32,000 bases of DNA from Candidatus Latescibacterota bacterium (GTDB lineage: Bacteria > Latescibacterota > UBA2968), in the NCBI GenBank assembly GCA_965222605.1, contig OZ244960.1, forward strand, positions 5,289,329 through 5,321,328, in the 5' to 3' direction. Position 1 is the stretch's first letter; each line of letters opens with the position of its first letter. A model generated the notes under the pieces. That model saw only the letters and a program-made list of their open reading frames with translations. It ran no database searches and was not told the origin of the DNA. This document shows positions 26,739 to 32,000 of the stretch, in pieces. The position numbers and the translations under genes were made by a program.

Positions 26739-28061
26739 ATGTCAGATTTACAGCTTGACTCTATTGAACCCTGGGCGCCGCATTCGACCGCCGCGCCGTT
26801 GACAGAACGCAGTGGGGATACGCTGGCAATTGCCGCAAATGGCACGCGCACCTGCATTGGCGGATGGCAGATCGCGTATTCGGGTGTTGAGGCTGGCAAA
26901 ATGTATGAGATCGTTGTCCAGACGCAGTTTCAAGATGTGGAGTTGGTGCGCGATGTATTGCGCTGTGAGGCGTATTGGGGCCACCTGGATCGGGACAGCG
27001 TGCAGCGCGGTAAAGTTCTGTCCTGGGATTATCTTCTTCCCGAATGGAATGGCGACACCGTGCAATTTTCACGGCGTCTCACTGCCCCGGAAGATGCCGA
27101 ACACCTGACCGTGCGCTATACGTTTCGCTGGTCGATTAAGGGAGCATCCGAATGGCAATTGCCCCATGTGATCGCGACAGATGTGGCAGAATTATCCAAA
27201 CCCGTGAAAATTTGTGTCGCGACGGGACGGCGAGAAGATCGCGATCGGCGGTTTGAGTCGATTCGGGACAATGTCGATCTTTATTTGCCTTTGTGTCGAG
27301 AGATATGTGAAAAAGAAAAACCCGATTTGATTGTGTTGCCCGAGATCGCATTGCAATACGGGATTAAAGGGAGTCCACTGGAACTGGCAGTACCCGTGCC
27401 GGGACCCGAGGCGGAGCCGTTTGCGGATATTGCGCGCGATTATGGCGTATATGTGCTATTGGGGGTGATTGAACGGGATGGCGATGCCGTTCACAATACA
27501 GCCGTGTTGTTCGCGCCCGACGGCGGCGTGGATGGCAGATATCGCAAGGTGCATCTGGCCGTGGGGGGAGAGATGGATTCGGGTATTTTGCCGGGTGATG
27601 ATTTTCCTGTATTTGATACGGAGATCGGACGGATTGGGTGCAATATTTGTATGGATTCTTCGGCGGCTGAGTCGTCGCGGATGATTGGGTTAAATGGCGC
27701 GGACTTTTTGTTGTTGCCAATTATGGGCGATCACCGCGCCTGGCATCCGGAAGATCATACGTGGGATCCCGAGCGATTTCGCGGGATTATGCAGACGCGG
27801 GCGCTGGACAATCAGTTGTGTATGGTGGTGGCGGTAAATCGCGCGGAGGGTAGTTGTATTATTGATCGCACGGGGCATGTACTGGCCTGGAATGATGGGA
27901 GTGAACCGTTTGTGACCGCGGAGGTGAATCTCGTGGATGGATTCCATCCAAAAAGTCGCGGGTGCTTTCGCGGGATTAACTGGATGCAGCGACGCCCACA
28001 TACCTATCGTGCTTTTGTCGATGAAGAAAACGAGGGGGGACTGAGGCTTGCGGCGTATTGA
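26739..28061 (+). CDS. Carbon-nitrogen hydrolase (nitrilase superfamily) with about 165-aa N-terminal extra domain
   Basis: GGGAGG RBS. The C-terminal ~270 aa carry the E-K-C triad context (IVLPEIAL, YRKVHL, IGCNICMDS). I do not recognise the N-terminal domain. Confidence 0.8.
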   Translation: MSDLQLDSIEPWAPHSTAAPLTERSGDTLAIAANGTRTCIGGWQIAYSGVEAGKMYEIVVQTQFQDVELVRDVLRCEAYWGHLDRDSVQRGKVLSWDYLLPEWNGDTVQFSRRLTAPEDAEHLTVRYTFRWSIKGASEWQLPHVIATDVAELSKPVKICVATGRREDRDRRFESIRDNVDLYLPLCREICEKEKPDLIVLPEIALQYGIKGSPLELAVPVPGPEAEPFADIARDYGVYVLLGVIERDGDAVHNTAVLFAPDGGVDGRYRKVHLAVGGEMDSGILPGDDFPVFDTEIGRIGCNICMDSSAAESSRMIGLNGADFLLLPIMGDHRAWHPEDHTWDPERFRGIMQTRALDNQLCMVVAVNRAEGSCIIDRTGHVLAWNDGSEPFVTAEVNLVDGFHPKSRGCFRGINWMQRRPHTYRAFVDEENEGGLRLAAY

Positions 28062-28064
28062 GAA

Positions 28065-29627
28065 TTATTTGCCGAGCGCGATTTGTTCGCACCTGGCATA
28101 TTTTTTGACCAGTTCGTCGTACACTGCGGTGTTGGATGGTTTGACGACGGAGCCGGATATGGGTTCGGCGATGCCCTTGCTGATGTCTTCCCAGGTGGTG
28201 TTTTGTCCAGAGGCGTTGAGGTGAGCATGCGCTGCGCGGAGAGCCGCGCCGAGGGCCGCGCTATTGGTGACTTCAAATTGGTGAACAGGACAGTTTTGTA
28301 CATCGGACATGATCTGAAGGATTTCGGGATTGATCGATGCACCGCCTGTGACATAGATGGCTGAAGGACGCACGCCCATCCATTCTGAGTGAATGCGCAT
28401 GGACATCATTTGTGCCTGGACAACCGCGCGGCAATTGCCGGCGGCGTCCTGTTCGTCGAGGTCAAAGCGATGTACGCCGGGTTCGAGGACATTGGGCACG
28501 ATTTCGGGTTCAAAATAGGGAAGCATGATTTTGCCATTATTGCCCGGTGGAGTGGATTGAAGTGCATGGGAAAAACCGTCCCAATCCAGACCATGAGATT
28601 GGCGAACGGCTTCGCGGGCGAGGGAGCCATTTTTGAAACAGATGAGGGTCATATAATCGCCAGTGGGTGAGACGAAGACGTGACCTTCGCCGCGCGGGTC
28701 GGTCTGGCAATTTTTCATTGTGCCAAAGTAGGTGTCGCTGGTGCCGAGTGAAATGGCGACGAGGCCCTCGCGAATAAGACCGAGGCCGATGACGCTGTTG
28801 GGATTGTCGCCCGACCAGACGAGAGCCTGTGCATTGGGGTCGACGCCGTATTTATCGACAAAGTAGCGGCTTACAGTACCGATAATTGTGCGGGATTTTG
28901 CAAGCGGCGGCAGGCGATGGGACAGATCGGGTGCTGTGGCGTTGAGCGCGGCGGCATGCCAGGTTCGGGTCTGAATGTCCATCAAGTTCATGCCCGCGCC
29001 GTCGCCGTGATCGATGGGGGCAACTTTGCCCGCGATCAGAGAGGCCATGAAGGAACTGACGAGCATGATGTGTATGGTTCTGTTATAAGCATCGGGTTGT
29101 GTTTTGTAGAATTTGCGAATTTGTGGTCCCGTGAAGCGTTCAAAGGTGGTAGATCCCGTGGCGCTGGCTGTGGCTTGAAGACCGCCGAGGGCGTCGCAAA
29201 TTTCATCGCATTCGGCGCGGGTAGAGGAATCCATCCAGATGGGAGATGTGTCGCGGGAGAATATACCGCCGAGATTTTCTACGAGGGATTTTGATGGATC
29301 GAGATTGGACAGGTTATTCGCGGTTTTGAGATAGACAGAACCGTGTTGTTGTCCCGAGCCAGAGATGGCCCGGATATCGCCGAGGGTTATGCCCTCGGTT
29401 TTCATTTTGTCAAAAAGCACATCGAGGGCTTCGGCCCACATGAGGGGTGGCGAGTGAACTATTTTGGGATCGGGATGGTCGAGGACGCCATTTTTAGTGC
29501 CATAGTGCGGTAGTGTTTCGTCGTAGTTCAAAGAAACATCGTACACGACTTTATGGGTGTCGAAGTCTATGATAATGGCACTCAAGCTTTGTGTGCTGGC
29601 GTCAAGCCCGAGATAAAGGTCGCTCAT
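28065..29627 (-). CDS. FGGY-family xylulose kinase, eukaryote-like (XYLB-type) subfamily
   Basis: LYLGLDASTQS, YDETLPHYGTKNGV, SPPLMWAEALDVLFDKMK and ISGSGQQHGSVYL parallel the human XYLB motifs as I recall them. The C-terminal YVTGGAS is present. AAGGAG RBS. Confidence 0.82.
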   Translation of the reverse strand: MSDLYLGLDASTQSLSAIIIDFDTHKVVYDVSLNYDETLPHYGTKNGVLDHPDPKIVHSPPLMWAEALDVLFDKMKTEGITLGDIRAISGSGQQHGSVYLKTANNLSNLDPSKSLVENLGGIFSRDTSPIWMDSSTRAECDEICDALGGLQATASATGSTTFERFTGPQIRKFYKTQPDAYNRTIHIMLVSSFMASLIAGKVAPIDHGDGAGMNLMDIQTRTWHAAALNATAPDLSHRLPPLAKSRTIIGTVSRYFVDKYGVDPNAQALVWSGDNPNSVIGLGLIREGLVAISLGTSDTYFGTMKNCQTDPRGEGHVFVSPTGDYMTLICFKNGSLAREAVRQSHGLDWDGFSHALQSTPPGNNGKIMLPYFEPEIVPNVLEPGVHRFDLDEQDAAGNCRAVVQAQMMSMRIHSEWMGVRPSAIYVTGGASINPEILQIMSDVQNCPVHQFEVTNSAALGAALRAAHAHLNASGQNTTWEDISKGIAEPISGSVVKPSNTAVYDELVKKYARCEQIALGK

Positions 29628-29636
29628 GGATACTCC

Positions 29637-29966
29637 TTACAATTCATAAATAACCGGGCATTTGGATAGGTCGTCAATATGTCGGGTAAGGCCCTGTCGT
29701 GTGTCGTTGACGGGGCGAGAGTTTTCGGTGCGCATGTGAATGGCAAAGCTGCGACGGGGACTGTTGGATCGGTTGGGTCCGCTGCCGTGGAGCGTGAAGC
29801 AGTCGTGCAGGCTCAAGGTGCCGGGTGGCAGGAGCATGGGAACTTCGCGCCAGGTGGCCTGTTCGGGTATTGATATGCCGCGGCGCAATGTGTCGAGGTC
29901 TTGTTGTTGAAAGCCGAAGGCGATGTCCAAAAGCCCCCAGCGGTGTGAGCCGGGCACAAAGCGCAT
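29637..29966 (-). pseudogene. Truncated PhyH-family gene (C-terminal ~110 codons only)
   Basis: It retains FVPGSHRWG and the distal His (LHGSGPN) plus R.SFAIH. It lacks the ~160 N-terminal residues, including the HxD iron ligands, present in the two intact paralogs. The upstream in-frame sequence overlaps tetR and shows no PhyH similarity. Confidence 0.6.
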
Positions 29967-29971
29967 TATGA

Positions 29972-30583
29972 TTAAGCTACATGCCGACGCGATACTTGTA
30001 AAAATCGCACAGCGCGCTGTCCCAGCCGTTTTAACAGATCCAGATCTTGCCGCGCTTTTGCCAGCATCAAAATGCCTTCGTAATACGCCCACAATGCCAG
30101 GGCTGTTTCTCGCGTATCCATGGGAGACAGATCACTGGCTTCTACTGCTTCATCGAGTGTTTTTTGCAACCGACCAATTACATCCTCAAAAATACGGTCA
30201 ATTTTATGGCGGATCAGCGGCTCGTGCGCGCTCATCTCCACGGCGAGGTTGCCAAACGGACAACCACAAAGCTGTTTGTGCTGCTCGTAAAATTGGCAAT
30301 TTTGCTCGTAAACCAGTTCAAAAAACCGCGAAATCTGCTCCAGGGGTGGTCGTTCTGGCGAAAAAGCCTGCTCCCATGTGGTCTCCCGTGCAAATTTCCA
30401 CCACCGATCTAATGAAGCCAGTACCAGGTCTTGCTTGGTCTCAAAAAAGTGGTAAAAGCTCCCTTTTTTTACCCCAGCAGCTTTGCACAATTCCTGTACG
30501 CCCACGTCGGTATAACTGCGCGTAAAAAATAAATCCATCGCAGCTCGTATTAGCCGCTCTTTTGCATCGCTCGTGCGTCCCAT
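29972..30583 (-). CDS. TetR/AcrR-family transcriptional regulator
   Basis: The N-terminal HTH is ERLIRAAMDLFFTRSYTDVGVQELCKAAGVKKGSFYHFFETKQDL, with a helical C-terminal ligand domain. Confidence 0.88.
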   Translation of the reverse strand: MGRTSDAKERLIRAAMDLFFTRSYTDVGVQELCKAAGVKKGSFYHFFETKQDLVLASLDRWWKFARETTWEQAFSPERPPLEQISRFFELVYEQNCQFYEQHKQLCGCPFGNLAVEMSAHEPLIRHKIDRIFEDVIGRLQKTLDEAVEASDLSPMDTRETALALWAYYEGILMLAKARQDLDLLKRLGQRAVRFLQVSRRHVA

Positions 30584-30738
30584 GGTGTGCCTTTTACGAT
30601 AGATTCGATAAATCTGCTATGTCCTGAGGTCGCCCAGTCGCTTTTTTGTTTTGCTTTAAATTTTGTAAATTGATAACATGGACCGTCCTGAAACTAAATA
30701 TAGTCTATCTAAACCGACTTTTCAACAAGGAGCTTCAC

Positions 30739-31368
30739 ATGCGCGTCATCGTAATTGGCACGGAATACACGGGCAAAACCACGCTGGTTCAAGCCATCCA
30801 AAAATGGGGCATGGAGCGCGGTATTCGCCATCACATGGATGATCACTTTTCCATCCCCGACCAGCAAACCCTTACGAATCCCGCAGATCAAAAGGCCATG
30901 GCGGAATTGCCGTCGCCCATCAAAGAGCGTTTTCAGCGATTTCAGATCGCCTATCACGTGCGTCTGGTACACAATTACCAGCACGTCTTGCTCACCGGGT
31001 TTCACATTGAGGAAATGGTGTACGGCCAACGCTATTACTATCCCGACCTGGCGCGTCCGGTCGAAAATCCCCAGGCATGGGAGAAAAACATGCCCTCCGA
31101 CATCATTCTGGTACATCTCACGGCCAGTCCTGAGGTCATCAAACAGCGCATGAAAGACGATCCACACGATTTTCCTATTGTACCCGAATCGGATATCGAA
31201 GAAGTCCAGGCGGCATTCCAAGAAGAATTTCGCAAATCCTTTTTTAAACAAAAATTTCAGATCGACACATCAGATCTGAATGCAGATACATTACTCGAGT
31301 CCTTTCTCAGCCAATCGTTTCCCTACCTCACCGCCGCCGATCACGCCATTCGATTGGCAGTTGGGTAA
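30739..31368 (+). CDS. P-loop NTPase (AAA_28 / NadR-kinase-like)
   Basis: AAGGAG RBS 6 nt before ATG 30739. Walker A is VIVIGTEYTGKTTL. The size (~209 aa) and layout resemble AAA_28-type ATPases/kinases. The ORF-track start at 30646 is unlikely. Confidence 0.65.
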   Translation: MRVIVIGTEYTGKTTLVQAIQKWGMERGIRHHMDDHFSIPDQQTLTNPADQKAMAELPSPIKERFQRFQIAYHVRLVHNYQHVLLTGFHIEEMVYGQRYYYPDLARPVENPQAWEKNMPSDIILVHLTASPEVIKQRMKDDPHDFPIVPESDIEEVQAAFQEEFRKSFFKQKFQIDTSDLNADTLLESFLSQSFPYLTAADHAIRLAVG

Positions 31369-31410
31369 CCAGTTTCCGAGGTACTCATTTTGCCGCCTCT
31401 GCCTCCCGAC

Positions 31411-32000
31411 ATGCGCCTTGTGTTTGACGATGGTACTCTCGTCCTTCTGGATCCGCCAGCGGATTATGAACCGCCGTCTCCATTTATATGGGATAGCCGG
31501 GTGGGACGCTGGCGCGCTCAGGCGCATCGGTATCGCGATGTTGTCGAGGTGCTGCGAGCGCAGGATGTTGGAACAAAAAACGTCGCCCCGCGCTACAACC
31601 GCCTCAATCTCAATTTCAACCGCGAACACACCCCACATCCGCATCAGGCCGAAGCCTTTGACGCCTGGCAGTCACACCAATATCGCGGTGTCGTTGTCCT
31701 GCCCACGGGATCGGGCAAGTCTCTTCTGGCACTGATGGGTATTGCAGAAATCGGTCGCAGTACTCTTGTTGTCGCGCCCACGATTGATCTTATGAATCAG
31801 TGGTACGACTTGCTCAGAGACGCCTTTTCCTGCGATATAGGCATCCTGGGTGGGGGCTATCACGAGCTTGAAGATCTCACTGTAACGACTTACGACAGTG
31901 CGTATATGCACATGGACCGCTACGGCAATCGCTTTGGTTTTCTGGTTTTTGACGAGGTCCATCACCTGCCCGGCGAATCCTATTCCCACGGTGCAGAACT
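31411..32000 (+). CDS. XPB/Rad25-like superfamily-2 helicase, 3' end outside window
   Basis: This ORF is absent from the ORF track because it has no stop within the window. My translation from ATG 31411 is MRLVFDDGTLVLLDPP...HPHQAEAFDAW...VVVLPTGSGKSLLA...LVVAPTIDLMNQW...TVTTYDS...LVFDEVHHLP. It shows helicase motifs I, Ia and II (DEVH) and an N-terminal MRL.FDDGTLVL segment like the XPB damage-recognition domain. Confidence 0.75.
   Translation, partial: MRLVFDDGTLVLLDPPADYEPPSPFIWDSRVGRWRAQAHRYRDVVEVLRAQDVGTKNVAPRYNRLNLNFNREHTPHPHQAEAFDAWQSHQYRGVVVLPTGSGKSLLALMGIAEIGRSTLVVAPTIDLMNQWYDLLRDAFSCDIGILGGGYHELEDLTVTTYDSAYMHMDRYGNRFGFLVFDEVHHLPGESYSHGAE

Noticed and set aside
28059-28067. Convergent C-N hydrolase and xylulokinase stops only 3 nt apart, with no terminator
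   Set aside because: Tight convergent gene ends are common in compact genomes. No structure or motif is present to interpret.
30584-30738. Candidate TetR operator palindromes in the tetR / ATPase intergenic region (AGATTcgataAATCT near 30607; ATAGTCTAT near 30699; AAATTTTGTAAATT near 30655)
   Set aside because: The arms are short (4-5 bp) in an AT-rich region where such palindromes arise by chance. None stands out enough to annotate.

Overview
This window is mostly a housekeeping chromosomal segment (about 50% GC by eye) from an unidentified diderm bacterium, indicated by an Omp85/BamA-like gene, sigma-54 signalling and Shine-Dalgarno sites. I cannot assign a taxon from sequence alone. Gene order, left to right: a low-GC islet (PIN-like toxin fragment, two small ORFs) abutting the 3' end of tRNA-Asn; rpiB-like; PhyH dioxygenase; tadA; tRNA-Ser x2; a TM1367-type cyclophilin-like CDS wedged between tRNAs; tRNA-Ala; a large Bacillus-type SRP RNA; dnaX-ybaB-recR-pgsA-pgpA; recA; a 983-aa secreted repeat protein; recX-alaS; a PcrB/GGGPS-family prenyltransferase; a PfkB kinase; ptsH-ptsI; metK. 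On the minus strand sits an Omp85-like / DUF4390-like / histidine kinase / sigma-54 response regulator operon with a good sigma-54 promoter match. After it come PhyH + C-N hydrolase, a eukaryote-type xylulokinase, a truncated PhyH relic, TetR, a P-loop ATPase and a partial XPB-like helicase. I see no complete, obviously novel multi-gene system. The best candidates are (1) the self-contained repeat-protein cassette interrupting recA-recX, (2) the sigma-54 envelope operon, (3) the TetR / P-loop ATPase / XPB-like helicase module cut by the window edge, and (4) a possible dnaX -1 frameshift site. Many long ORFs in the supplied track are antisense or alternate-frame artefacts.
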